Below the pieces are notes generated by a model, which was not told where the DNA came from, ran no database searches, and saw nothing but the letters and a program-made list of their open reading frames with translations. This document shows positions 1-9,984 of a stretch of 64,000 nt of DNA, in pieces (within the stretch, counting starts at the first letter, position 1; every line of letters starts with the position of its first letter). This DNA comes from Phormidium sp. (lineage in GTDB: Bacteria; Cyanobacteriota; Cyanobacteriia; Cyanobacteriales; Aerosakkonemataceae). The stretch lies in NCBI GenBank assembly GCA_051013385.1, contig CP143273.1, positions 1,024,001 through 1,088,000 on the forward strand, given 5' to 3'. The position numbers and the translations under genes are program-made.

Positions 1-1342
1 TAACGGTGGTAATGGCGGGGCGGGGGGCTTTGGTGCTGGTGGTGGTGGGGGCGGTGGTGCTGGTGGTGCTGGTGGCAACACACTAGGAGGTGCTGGGGCT
101 TATAGTGGTACTGGGGGAAGGTACGGTGCTGGTGGTGCCTTCGCGGGTGCTGGCGGTTTCGGTGTTAGTCTCATTGGCTATGCTCCACCTACATCTTTGG
201 GCGTTGGGTATTTGGGTAGCTCTGGTGGTGCTGGTGGTGGCGGTGCAGGTTTGGGTGGTGCCGTGTTTGTCAGGGAAGGTGGACTCTTTACCGTGACAAA
301 CAGTAGCTTTATCAGCAATACTGCTACTGGTGGATTGGGAGGTAACTCCACTAACTCTGGGCAGGGACGAGGTGGTGCTTTATTCGTCCAGTCTGGTGGC
401 ATTTTGTCTCATAACAACATAACGTTAAGCAACAACACTGCATCAACCGGAGATTTCGATACCAATGTCTGGCCCGTTAAAGTTAACCGAGGGGATGGCA
501 CAGTTATAGTCGAAGACTTTACTGGAGTTGGCAAGGGTAACAATCCCTCGGAAGAAATACTATCTACCTTTGATGAACTGGTGTTTAAAGGTGCAGATTT
601 AGTAGCTAAAAACTTGCTGCTGACTCAAGTTGGCGCTGATTTGGAAGTCAGTTTTGAAGGGGTTGACGATACCAAAGTCATCCTGAAAGATTTTGCTCTG
701 GAAAATCTAGAAAACTTACCGATTCCCGGTGGACAGCACGGACAGGTTGGCAATATTGTATTTGATGGCGATACCCAACTTCAGGACAGTATCGATGTTT
801 TTGATGCCGATTCCACCCAAGACCAGATTTGGAATCTTAACACGGTCACTTTCCTCAATGATCTTAATAATGATGTGGGTGGTTTTGCTAACTCCAACGA
901 CATAATTAATGGTCAAGGCGGTAATGACACAATTCGGGCATTAAGTGGCGATGATATTGTGCGGGGTGGTGATGGTGATGACATCCTACGCGGTGGAGTT
1001 GGTGCTGATATCCTCATTGGTAATGCTGGGAATGACACCCTATATCTAGGAGGAAATCGCGATGTGGATACGGTTATCTACCGTAATGGTGATGGTAGTG
1101 ATATTGTCCACCAGTTTAATCTGGATGATGGCGATTTACTTCAGTTTGAAGAGATTGATGCGATCGATGTAGTAGTTGAGGGCAATAGCACTTTCTTGCG
1201 TCTCAGTGATGGAATCGAAAGCAATAGCGGGTTTGGTTCTGGTGAAATTCTTGCCGAATTGCGCGGTGTGACTGGATTTACGAAAGACAACATTGGTCTA
1301 AATCTAGCTACTGCCAATACTGCTCAATTTTTGTTTGCATAG
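1..1342 (+). CDS. Gly-rich / RTX Ca2+-binding repeat secreted protein, 5'-partial
   Basis: Frame is open from base 2 (NGGNGGAGGFGAGG...) into the 197..1342 ORF; GGxGxD nonapeptides (GQGGND, GGDGDD, GNAGND) near the C-terminus. Confidence 0.8.
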   Translation, partial: NGGNGGAGGFGAGGGGGGGAGGAGGNTLGGAGAYSGTGGRYGAGGAFAGAGGFGVSLIGYAPPTSLGVGYLGSSGGAGGGGAGLGGAVFVREGGLFTVTNSSFISNTATGGLGGNSTNSGQGRGGALFVQSGGILSHNNITLSNNTASTGDFDTNVWPVKVNRGDGTVIVEDFTGVGKGNNPSEEILSTFDELVFKGADLVAKNLLLTQVGADLEVSFEGVDDTKVILKDFALENLENLPIPGGQHGQVGNIVFDGDTQLQDSIDVFDADSTQDQIWNLNTVTFLNDLNNDVGGFANSNDIINGQGGNDTIRALSGDDIVRGGDGDDILRGGVGADILIGNAGNDTLYLGGNRDVDTVIYRNGDGSDIVHQFNLDDGDLLQFEEIDAIDVVVEGNSTFLRLSDGIESNSGFGSGEILAELRGVTGFTKDNIGLNLATANTAQFLFA

Positions 1343-1419
1343 TTCTCAATGTAACTTTCTTTTTTCAATTGTATCAATAAATCATTCAAACACAGCAAAT
1401 ACTTTTTGGAGGAATTACT

Positions 1420-1671
1420 ATGCAACTCGTAAATCGCGGTGTTAGCTATTCTGATACATCTTCATTGTTACAAAATAATACCCAGCTTTGCTATCGGGGT
1501 GCTAAATATTTCCCTACAGTTTCATCAGCCCGAAATAATATCCAGCTTTCTTATCGAGGTAATAAATATTGTTCCGTAGGTTCTCCTGCGATCGCACCAG
1601 TAGCAACCCAAAAACTCTCCTATCGCGGTACTACCTACTATCGTGGAGAGCTAGTTGACACTTTAAATTAG
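1420..1671 (+). CDS. DUF4278-family small protein with four LxYRGxxY-type motifs
   Basis: GGAGG RBS upstream; LVNRGVSY, LCYRGAKY, LSYRGNKY, LSYRGTTY. Confidence 0.75.
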   Translation: MQLVNRGVSYSDTSSLLQNNTQLCYRGAKYFPTVSSARNNIQLSYRGNKYCSVGSPAIAPVATQKLSYRGTTYYRGELVDTLN

Positions 1672-1709
1672 TCGCTGCCAGGTAACAAATTGCTTTTGAT
1701 GAGAGTGGA

Positions 1710-1830
1710 CTGAGATCTTGCAACATTCTTAACAAGCCTGGAAAAACCGGGTTTCTTGACGGAAAATATAAGGTTTTAGGGTTAGTTATTTGCAAGAAAC
1801 CCGGTTTTTAGCCCGGGTGTAAGATCTGAG
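1710..1830. mobile_element. MITE with CT(C/G)AGATCTT(G/A)CA-type terminal inverted repeats
   Basis: ctgagatcttgcaac at left and ggtgtaagatctgag at right; flanking tgga/tgga 4-bp duplication; internal IR aaaaaccgggtttcttg / caagaaacccggttttt; a related end lies at ~13730-13774. Confidence 0.6.
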
Positions 1831-1868
1831 TGGAAACGATCGCTCTGGTTCAAGAATTGGAACGATCG

Positions 1869-1994
1869 CAATACTGCTCGGTTAAGTATTTTTTGCCTTT
1901 GTAGGGGCGAAGCAAACGGATCAGAAAATCTAGGGTTTGAGCCAAAAATTGTCGCCCGAATGCTTCGCCCCTACCCAAAACCCGAACAGTATTG
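1869..1994 (+). mobile_element. MITE family A copy 1 (CAATAC-TIR element enclosing a GTAG-type REP doublet)
   Basis: TIR caatactgctcgg / ccgaacagtattg; perfect 10-bp target duplication ggaacgatcg (1859-1868, 1995-2004). Confidence 0.85.
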
Positions 1995-2157
1995 GGAACG
2001 ATCGCTTTTTACTGACGAAAGAAATCCGAATTATATACAATTAACCAAGTGCAGTGTAGCAGAAGTAACTATTCAAATTTTCTAACAGGGTGTATGCAAC
2101 TTTTAGATTAGCTAATTGCTACTGGGTGCAACCTACAATCAGGTATTAGCTTAATGC

Positions 2158-3696
2158 TTGCTCAACTCTGTTATAGGTATTATGATCCAAAAAAATATTT
2201 ACGCTTTATTTAGCGCGATCGCAAGTAAACCTGCCCGTTCCAGTGATAAAGTAAACAACATAACTCATTCACAGTCACTTTCCTTGAAAACTCATCTCTT
2301 TGATTTTTGCAAAACTCGGCTCTCACGGCGAATTGCTCTCTCTGTCTTTGCCAGTTTTATAGTAATTGAGGGAGTGGTTTTTATTCCTTCTGTCAACCAA
2401 AAGAGTCAGGAACTAGAAAATCAACTCAAAGAGGTGACTTCAGCAAAAATTGAGTGGATTGTTCGGACTTACCCAAATGCCTCTTCAGAGGAGTTACTAA
2501 CTCATATTCAAGCACTTCAAAATAAACCTATGCTAAAAGATTTGTTGGGAGGTGTGTTATATCGAGCTTCAGATGGTAAAGAGTTAGGTAAGTTTGGCGA
2601 ACAACCCAGTTTATCCTGGGAGATGATCAGCCAACAACAAATGCGACAAAGATGGTTTCAATTTGAGCGACGCTATGATGCTGTTTGGTTCCCAAAAGAA
2701 ATGGGGAATGATTATCTTTTGATTATTCGTCACGATGCACTCTCAATTGAACAAGAACTCTATATCTATGTGGCTAGAGTTGTGGGAATTGTGTTACTAA
2801 TCTCTGCGTTTATTACCTTTGTGACGATGAGTGTGGTGCAATCTGTGGTGATTGTGCCGATTTTAAAACTGCGAGATAGTTTGATGGCAGCTTCGATCGC
2901 CTTACAACAAGATGGAATTAACCCAAAATGTTATTTAATGGCGGTAAATCGTCAGGATGAATTGGGAGAAGTGATCGCTGCTTTTAATGAGTCATTTTTG
3001 CGAAATTATGAAGAGATGAGTCGCCGCAAACAGGCGGAAGCAGAAGCTCAAACGGAACGAGAAAAAGCAGAAAAATTGCTGTTAAATATTTTACCAGAAC
3101 CGATCGCCCAAGAATTAAAACAAGGTCGCCGTAGCATTTGTGATGGCTTTGCCGAAGTGAGTGTTTTGTTTGCTGATATTGTTGGCTTTACGACTCTCTC
3201 AACCCTAATTTCTCCCGATGAATTAGTCGCTTTGCTCAATCAAATTTTCTCCACCTTTGATGATTTGAGCGATCGGCATGGCTTAGAGAAAATTAAAACG
3301 ATTGGCGATAATTACATGGTAGCTGGAGGTTTACCGATTCCGCGCCCCGATCATGCTGAAGCGATCGCTCAGATGGCTTTAGATATGCAAGATGCGATCG
3401 CCAAACTAGACTTTCAAGTTGAAGGCATGGAACCCCTCAGCTTGCGAATTGGCATTAATACTGGGCCTGTTATTGCTGGGGTAATTGGTAGTAAAAAATT
3501 TATCTACGATTTGTGGGGAGATGCCGTCAATACTGCCAGTCGGATGGAATCTCATAGTTTACCCGGTTGTATTCAGGTAACAGAAGCAACATATCAATGT
3601 TTGAAAGACAAATACTTATTTGAAAAACGAGGTAAACTCACAGTTAAGGGAAAGGGAGAAATGGTTACTTACTGGCTCAAAGGAAGACACCCGTAA
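2158..3696 (+). CDS. Membrane adenylate/guanylate cyclase (class III) with HAMP domain
   Basis: Two TM segments, HAMP (QDELGEVIAAFN), FADIVGFT, KIKTIGDNYM, YDLWGDAVNTASRMES; real start may be the ATG at 2182. Confidence 0.92.
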   Translation: MLNSVIGIMIQKNIYALFSAIASKPARSSDKVNNITHSQSLSLKTHLFDFCKTRLSRRIALSVFASFIVIEGVVFIPSVNQKSQELENQLKEVTSAKIEWIVRTYPNASSEELLTHIQALQNKPMLKDLLGGVLYRASDGKELGKFGEQPSLSWEMISQQQMRQRWFQFERRYDAVWFPKEMGNDYLLIIRHDALSIEQELYIYVARVVGIVLLISAFITFVTMSVVQSVVIVPILKLRDSLMAASIALQQDGINPKCYLMAVNRQDELGEVIAAFNESFLRNYEEMSRRKQAEAEAQTEREKAEKLLLNILPEPIAQELKQGRRSICDGFAEVSVLFADIVGFTTLSTLISPDELVALLNQIFSTFDDLSDRHGLEKIKTIGDNYMVAGGLPIPRPDHAEAIAQMALDMQDAIAKLDFQVEGMEPLSLRIGINTGPVIAGVIGSKKFIYDLWGDAVNTASRMESHSLPGCIQVTEATYQCLKDKYLFEKRGKLTVKGKGEMVTYWLKGRHP

Positions 3697-3753
3697 CCTT
3701 TTATTGCTATTAACTCAAGTTGCTAGTTATATTGAGTAGGGTATGTCAGATAT

Positions 3754-3901
3754 CAATACTGCTCGGTTAACGATTTTTCCCTTTGTAGGGGCGAACGCGA
3801 GTGCGTGCCGTAGGCATTAGCATTCGGGCAGAAAATCTAGGGTTTGAGTCATAAATTGTTGCCCGAATGCTTCGCCCCTACTCAAAACCTGATCGGTATT
3901 A
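3754..3901 (+). mobile_element. MITE family A copy 2 (with 24-bp internal insertion)
   Basis: Same TIR/REP body, right TIR degenerate; flanks share tcagatat (8 of 10 bp). Confidence 0.8.
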
Positions 3902-3927
3902 ACTCAGATATTTAGTTTCAAGTTGAC

Positions 3928-6900
3928 TTATAATTTACCAGTTAGTTTTCTTTGAAGAAGCTGAGAAATTGGTAAATCGATCGCGAACTTAGTACCTGAT
4001 CCCTCTGTGGAAAAACACTGCAAATGACCCTGATGATTTTCGGTGACAATTTGATAGCTAGTTGCTAACCCCATTCCCGTACCTTTCCCCACAGGTTTAG
4101 TAGTAAAAAAGGGATCAAATATTTTTTCTTGCACTTGCTGACTGATGCCACAACCATTATCTTCAAAGGAGATGAAAACCTGATTTTCCTCGGTCATAGA
4201 AGTGCTAATTGTAATCATGCCAATATAATCTAATTTTGCTTTGGGTTCTAGGCTTTGTCGCCGTTCTTCGATCGCATCAATAGCATTAAGCAACAAATTC
4301 ATAAACACCTGATTTAATAAACCACCATAACATTCAATAGGGGGTAATTTACCATAATTTTTCCTGAGATTAATGTCTGGATTTCCTCCCCGACCATGCA
4401 AGCGATTTTGTAAAATTACTAAGCTACTCTCGATATTTTCGTGCAAATCTATTTCTTTTAAATCTGCTTCATCAAGGCGGGAAAAAGTCCGCATCGACTT
4501 GACAATATCTCTAATGCGTGTGGCTCCAGTTTTCATCGATGCTAGCAACTTATAAAAATCACTGACTAGATACTCAAAGTCTATTTCTGCGATAAAATCA
4601 TCAATCTCTTGGTGTGGACTAGGATAATGCTCTTGGTACAGTTGAATTAGGTCAACTAAGTCTTTAGCATAGTCAGAAGCGTGTTGCAGATTGCCAAAGA
4701 TAAAACTGACGGGGTTATTAATTTCATGGGCAATTCCGCCGACTAACTGCCCCAAACTCGACATTTTTTCGGCTTGAATTAATTGAGTTTGCGTATTTTG
4801 CAATTTCTTCAGGGTGGCAGCTAATTCTTCCGCTTGTTGCCTGAGTTGAATTTCTGATTGACGCAATGCTGTTTCTGCTTGTATCCGTTCTATTTCTGCA
4901 CCTGCACGAGTGGCAAAGATTTTCAAAATAGCAGATTGCATTTCTAGATCTTGTACCATTGGTTTATTGTCTAAAACTGCCAGCAATCCCAAACGATTAC
5001 CCGCTGCATTGACAATTGGCAAAGCAGCATAACTTTCAGCTTGGAGGCAGATTAAATCACCATCTTCCGAATCGAAAGATGCTCCTGATTTTTGATAGCG
5101 ATATACCGCAGTATTGCTCTGAATATTTTTACAGGGTCGCTTGTTACAAGTTGTTCCGGTTAAATTGCAAGTAAAATTATCAGCAAAGTCTTCTCCTGCC
5201 CAAAATGCCAGAGTTTTGGCGCTTGATTGTTCTGCATCAATATATTCAGTGATAATCGCATAACGAACTTCTAAAACTTGAGCGATATATTGAACGCAAC
5301 TTTGGAAGAATTCTGCGCCTGTTTTTGCTGCTGTTCCTTCGACGATTAAGCGGAGAGCTTGTTCTTGACGTTTGCGATCGGTTATATCAGTTACCGTACC
5401 CACATATCCTTCGATTTCACCTTCGCTATCAATCAAAGGTAAGGCTTTACCAATTACCCAAGCGGTAGTATTATCGGGTCGCAAAAAGCGATATTCGGAG
5501 TGAAATTCTTTTTTGATTGTGGCGATTTCATACCATTCTTTAAAAATGCGTTCTCGATCTTCAGGATGAAGTGTTTTCGACCAATCTACCAGAGCTTCTT
5601 CTTTGGTTAATCCGGTAGTTTGCAACCAAGTTTGATTAACATAAAGACAGTGACCCTGAGCATCAGTTAAAAATACGCCAATTGGTGATGCTTCTGCTAG
5701 GGTTTCATAGCGTTTTTGGCTTTGTTGAACTAGGGCTTCGGCTTGTTTGCGATCGCTAATATCAAAGTTAACCCCAATCATTTTTTGCGGATTACCTTCT
5801 GCGTCGCGCAAAACTAAACCGAATGCTTTAATAAAATGAATACTACCATCAGGATGAATCACCCGAAATTCGGGATCGAATTCTGCTTTTCCTAATACTG
5901 TTTGCTGGATTAATGTTTCGCAGGCATCTCGATCGTCAGGATGTAGCCCGGTTGCCCAAATGTCGTAAACTAATCTGGTATCAGAGTCTTTGGTTACGCC
6001 ATATAACTCGTACATTCTATCATCCCAAAGCAGCGTATTCTGTACGATATCCCATTCCCAACAACCAATTGCCCCTGACTTAAGTGCTAAGGATAAACGC
6101 TCAGATATTTCGTTTAGTTTAGCTTCGGCAAGTTTATGTTCGGTAATATCTCGTGCCGCCGCATAAATTACATCTCCACAGGGAGTAGAACGCCATTCAA
6201 TATATCGATAAGTACCATCTTTGGCACGATAGCGGTTAGTGAATTGAGTAATTGATTTTTGCTCGCTCAAATCAGACATTACTGCTAAGGTGGCAGCGAT
6301 ATCATCAGGATGAACTAAATCAAGAAACAGTTGACCTTCTAGTTCGGAAATACTATAGCCGAGAGTTGTTTCCCAAGCACGATTTAGGCGGCGAAAACGA
6401 CCGCTAAAATCTGCAATACAGAGAAGATCGAGAGCAAGACTAAAAAATTGTTCCAGTTCTAATTCTGTGATTTTGCGATCGCTAATATCGCTATGGGTGC
6501 CAATAAACCGCAAAGGTTCACCATATTTATTCCATTCTACTATTCGACCACGAGCTAAAATCCATTTATAGGAACCATCTTTACAACGTAGGCGATGTTC
6601 ATGGTGATAAGCAGGAGTTTTGCCGTTTAGATGTTTGGCAACTTCTTCATAGCATTGAAATTTATCATCAGGATGGCATCGACTATCCCATTCTTCTAAG
6701 GCATTAATAATTTCATCTTCTGCGTAGCCCAGCATTGCTTTCCACTGTCGGGAAAAGATAATTTCATTTGTTTGGAGGTTCCAATCCCAAGTGCCATCTC
6801 CAGCACTTTCGATCGCCAACTGCCAGCGGCTATTGCTTGCCTGTAAAGCAATTTCTGCTTGTTTTTGCTCCTGAATATAACGGGCTATTCCTAAACAGGA

Positions 6901-7884
6901 AACTACTTGTCCTGCTTGATTTCGCAATCCTGAAAAATTTGCCGAATGCCAGTAATAATTCCCATCCTGATATAATATTCGATATTCGATTCCCCGCAGT
7001 TTCTCTCCTTGCAAAGAGCGCTGAATTGCATCTACACAAGTTGGTAAATCTTCGGGATAAATCCACTGATAAAAAGCATAATCTAACAATTCTGCTGGTT
7101 CATATCCCAGAATTTCTTTCAAGTTGGGACTGAGATAGTTAAATGTAGCATCTGGATTGAGGATATAAACCAGATCATTGAGGTTTTCAATGATGTTACG
7201 GAATTTTTCTTCATTGTTTTGCAGAGCGATGTCTGTGGCTTTGCTATCTGTAATATCCTGAATATAGCCTTGCCAAAGGATACTGCCATCTGGTTCTTGG
7301 TGGCGTGTAAAACGATCGATAAGTCTGGGGATATGGTAAGCAATTTGTTTGCCGGAATGACTGTGTACAGGAGTAGCTGATCTCACAGATTTAATCGCTG
7401 TTTCCTGTAGTTGAGCTTGCGTGTGTGTGAGTTTCTCTTTAAGCTCTTTCAGTTCTCGAATTTGGACTTCTGCCTCTTTGCTTTTGGTAATATCTCGCAT
7501 TACTGATAGATGCTGATGGGGAAAAAAGTTGGCAGTTGCCGCATATTCCACTACGCGGATCTCCCCATCACTTCGTACTAAGCGCATCTCACCCCGTACT
7601 TTTTCTCGTTGGGTAAATTCTTGCCACAGCTGAATAAAATTAAATTCCGGTGCGACAAAATCAGCAATGCAGTGTTTTAATAGTTCTTTCTTGTCTAGAC
7701 CAAATAATTCGCAAGCGGCACAGTTTACATCTAGGTAATGTCCTTGATCGTCGGCGATTATGATCGCATCTAGTACTGTTTCAAATAGTATCTGTAATTG
7801 CCGATCGTTGGGTGATATTACAGTGCGATCGTCTTCATCAAGCGACGAATTGCTATTTTGGCTGTTAGAGCAAGTTGGAAACAT
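3928..7884 (-). CDS. Multi-PAS/PAC + GAF sensor histidine kinase
   Basis: Repeated HPDD/DISDRK PAS-PAC units, GAF, H-box GIAHEINNP, NQVFMNLLLNAIDA, DPFFTTKPVGKGTGMGL. Confidence 0.93.
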   Translation of the reverse strand: MFPTCSNSQNSNSSLDEDDRTVISPNDRQLQILFETVLDAIIIADDQGHYLDVNCAACELFGLDKKELLKHCIADFVAPEFNFIQLWQEFTQREKVRGEMRLVRSDGEIRVVEYAATANFFPHQHLSVMRDITKSKEAEVQIRELKELKEKLTHTQAQLQETAIKSVRSATPVHSHSGKQIAYHIPRLIDRFTRHQEPDGSILWQGYIQDITDSKATDIALQNNEEKFRNIIENLNDLVYILNPDATFNYLSPNLKEILGYEPAELLDYAFYQWIYPEDLPTCVDAIQRSLQGEKLRGIEYRILYQDGNYYWHSANFSGLRNQAGQVVSCLGIARYIQEQKQAEIALQASNSRWQLAIESAGDGTWDWNLQTNEIIFSRQWKAMLGYAEDEIINALEEWDSRCHPDDKFQCYEEVAKHLNGKTPAYHHEHRLRCKDGSYKWILARGRIVEWNKYGEPLRFIGTHSDISDRKITELELEQFFSLALDLLCIADFSGRFRRLNRAWETTLGYSISELEGQLFLDLVHPDDIAATLAVMSDLSEQKSITQFTNRYRAKDGTYRYIEWRSTPCGDVIYAAARDITEHKLAEAKLNEISERLSLALKSGAIGCWEWDIVQNTLLWDDRMYELYGVTKDSDTRLVYDIWATGLHPDDRDACETLIQQTVLGKAEFDPEFRVIHPDGSIHFIKAFGLVLRDAEGNPQKMIGVNFDISDRKQAEALVQQSQKRYETLAEASPIGVFLTDAQGHCLYVNQTWLQTTGLTKEEALVDWSKTLHPEDRERIFKEWYEIATIKKEFHSEYRFLRPDNTTAWVIGKALPLIDSEGEIEGYVGTVTDITDRKRQEQALRLIVEGTAAKTGAEFFQSCVQYIAQVLEVRYAIITEYIDAEQSSAKTLAFWAGEDFADNFTCNLTGTTCNKRPCKNIQSNTAVYRYQKSGASFDSEDGDLICLQAESYAALPIVNAAGNRLGLLAVLDNKPMVQDLEMQSAILKIFATRAGAEIERIQAETALRQSEIQLRQQAEELAATLKKLQNTQTQLIQAEKMSSLGQLVGGIAHEINNPVSFIFGNLQHASDYAKDLVDLIQLYQEHYPSPHQEIDDFIAEIDFEYLVSDFYKLLASMKTGATRIRDIVKSMRTFSRLDEADLKEIDLHENIESSLVILQNRLHGRGGNPDINLRKNYGKLPPIECYGGLLNQVFMNLLLNAIDAIEERRQSLEPKAKLDYIGMITISTSMTEENQVFISFEDNGCGISQQVQEKIFDPFFTTKPVGKGTGMGLATSYQIVTENHQGHLQCFSTEGSGTKFAIDLPISQLLQRKLTGKL

Positions 7885-8227
7885 ATCATAGCCAACTGAA
7901 CTTTATACTATATTTTACCCTTTCTTAACTACAGCAACAAATAAATAAAAGTTGGTCAGGTAATTTTGTTAGCAAATTTCCCTTACTTTCCGGCAGGCTT
8001 CAATTTAGTTTCGTCGCTAGGTCTACCGATATATGTAAGGTTTTTCAGATAGGAAAAGTCTACTGTCATTAGTCAAAATCGTAAACTTTTCTGAAGGATT
8101 TAATTACATATAGCCAAATTCTACTCCGATGATGTTGTAGAATTGTTGCGAGTTTTGCTGCTAGGTAGCTAAGCCGTTCCAGTATGAAATTAGTAATCAG
8201 AGCAATGGATAAAGTTTGTAATTAACT

Positions 8228-8439
8228 GGTTCTTCCGTACTTACTGTGCTAAATTTTTAGGAAAGTGCCAGAATAATAAAGCTCTTAATTCAAAATTACG
8301 GAAATTCCTAAAGCCAAATCCACAACGTTTGAGCAATTTGAGTTTATTATTAATTCCTTCCACTATTCCATTGGTTGTGTTATTTTCAAAATATCCCACT
8401 ATCTCGGCAAACCACCGCTTGATTGTAGGGACGCTTTTT
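8228..8439 (-). pseudogene. ISL3-family transposase C-terminal remnant with terminal inverted repeat
   Basis: Minus-strand translation TIKRWFAEIVGYFENNTTNGIVEGINNKLKLLKRCGFGFRNFRNFELR; end ggttcttccgtactta at 8228. Confidence 0.85.
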
Positions 8440-8525
8440 CATGGTTAGATGAGCAAACTTCTACTTCTGCTAGTTTGGCATCTTTAGTACCCTAACTCTG
8501 ACAAGGCGGGAATCATTGTCATATA

Positions 8526-8564
8526 GAGAGGTCAAAGGCAATCAATGATTGCCTTTGACCTCTC
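8526..8564. repeat. Perfect 19-bp inverted repeat (hairpin)
   Basis: gagaggtcaaaggcaatca-a-tgattgcctttgacctctc. Confidence 0.7.
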
Positions 8565-8690
8565 CCCGACAGGCAAGAAATTACCTTTGACACTCCCAAT
8601 TTTATTAAGCATATTCACTTATTGACATTCGTTCTGTTTTCTTAACCTGTCACGAATGATCTCCTACACAGACTGCTGCTTAAATCAGTT

Positions 8691-8839
8691 CAATACTGCT
8701 CGGTTAAGTATTTTTTGCCTTTGTAGGGGCGAACGCGAGTGCGTGCCGTAGGCATTAGCATTCGGGCAGAAAATCTAGGTTTTAGGCCATAATTTTTGAC
8801 CCGAATGCTTCGCCCCTACTCAAAACCCGAGCAGTATTG
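8691..8839 (+). mobile_element. MITE family A copy 3 (with 24-bp internal insertion)
   Basis: TIR caatactgctcgg / ccgagcagtattg, REP doublet; no target duplication visible. Confidence 0.8.
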
Positions 8840-8944
8840 CTACAGATGATAACTAGCACCATAAGTACGAGAGAGCCACCTTCTTTTGCTTCTTTCTTGC
8901 GTCCTACCTGCGAGAAGGCTATGTCTAATGCAGTTCAAAAAATT

Positions 8945-9979
8945 CTAATTCTGAAATTTTCCCTCCTGCCAATTACCTTGTAACTTAGTCCCGTCAGCAT
9001 AAATATAAACCCCTTTTCCGTGCTTATCGCCATTACGAAATTCACCATCGTAACTGTCACCATTAGCATATTTACAAACAGCTTTACCATTTAAATTCCC
9101 GGCACTAAATTCTCCTTCACACCGATCGCCATTAGCAAACACATAAATTCCCCTACCGTGAAACTTCCCCTGCTGAAAATCTCCTTCATAACGGTTATTA
9201 TTCGCAAAAGTAAATACACCTTTACCATTAAATTGCCCGTCTTTAAATTCGCCTTTATAATTACCTTCTTTGGCTATGGTAAAACTTCCTTGTCCTTCCG
9301 GTTTACCATTGCGAAAACTCCCTTCATAACGATTCCCATTCGGATATTCTCTTACTCCAACACCGTTAAATTGACCATTACTAAATTCCCCTTTATAGCT
9401 ACCACCATCGGCAAAAGTATAAACGCCTTTACCACTGGGTTGATTATTACTTAACTCACCTTCGTAACGGTTTCCATTAGCATAAATACAATTGCCAATA
9501 CCGCTAATTTGACCATTAGCAACGTTTCCCGAACATTTGTTACCATTGGCGAAAATGTAAGTTCCTTTTCCATGGGGAACACCATCTTTAAATTGTCCTT
9601 CGTAACGACCTCCACCAGCTGTAATATAAACTCCTGTACCATTAGGTTGACCATTGCTAAATTCGCCTTCGTAGCGATCGCCATCTGGATATTGCCAAAC
9701 ACCTTTCCCATTAATTCGATCGTCTTTAAATTCTCCGATATAACGGCTTTTATCAGCAAAAGTATAAACTCCATTGCCCTCTTTTTTTCCGTTGACGAAA
9801 CTGCCTTCGTAGCGATCGCCATTCGCATACTGACAAACACTTTTTCCATTCAATTTTCCGTTAGTAACTTCTCCCTCACAACGACCACCATCAGGTAAAT
9901 TAATTACAGCTGCTTGCACAACTAAAGGAGAAGCAATTACAGCACAAATAGTGAATAATCCAATTCCAAATTTCAGCAT
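8945..9979 (-). CDS. Exported MORN-repeat protein
   Basis: Signal peptide (…VVQA-A); ~14 repeats of YEGxFxNGxxxGxGVYxFANG; 5 bp downstream of tonB. Confidence 0.9.
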   Translation of the reverse strand: MLKFGIGLFTICAVIASPLVVQAAVINLPDGGRCEGEVTNGKLNGKSVCQYANGDRYEGSFVNGKKEGNGVYTFADKSRYIGEFKDDRINGKGVWQYPDGDRYEGEFSNGQPNGTGVYITAGGGRYEGQFKDGVPHGKGTYIFANGNKCSGNVANGQISGIGNCIYANGNRYEGELSNNQPSGKGVYTFADGGSYKGEFSNGQFNGVGVREYPNGNRYEGSFRNGKPEGQGSFTIAKEGNYKGEFKDGQFNGKGVFTFANNNRYEGDFQQGKFHGRGIYVFANGDRCEGEFSAGNLNGKAVCKYANGDSYDGEFRNGDKHGKGVYIYADGTKLQGNWQEGKFQN

Positions 9980-9984
9980 AAACT

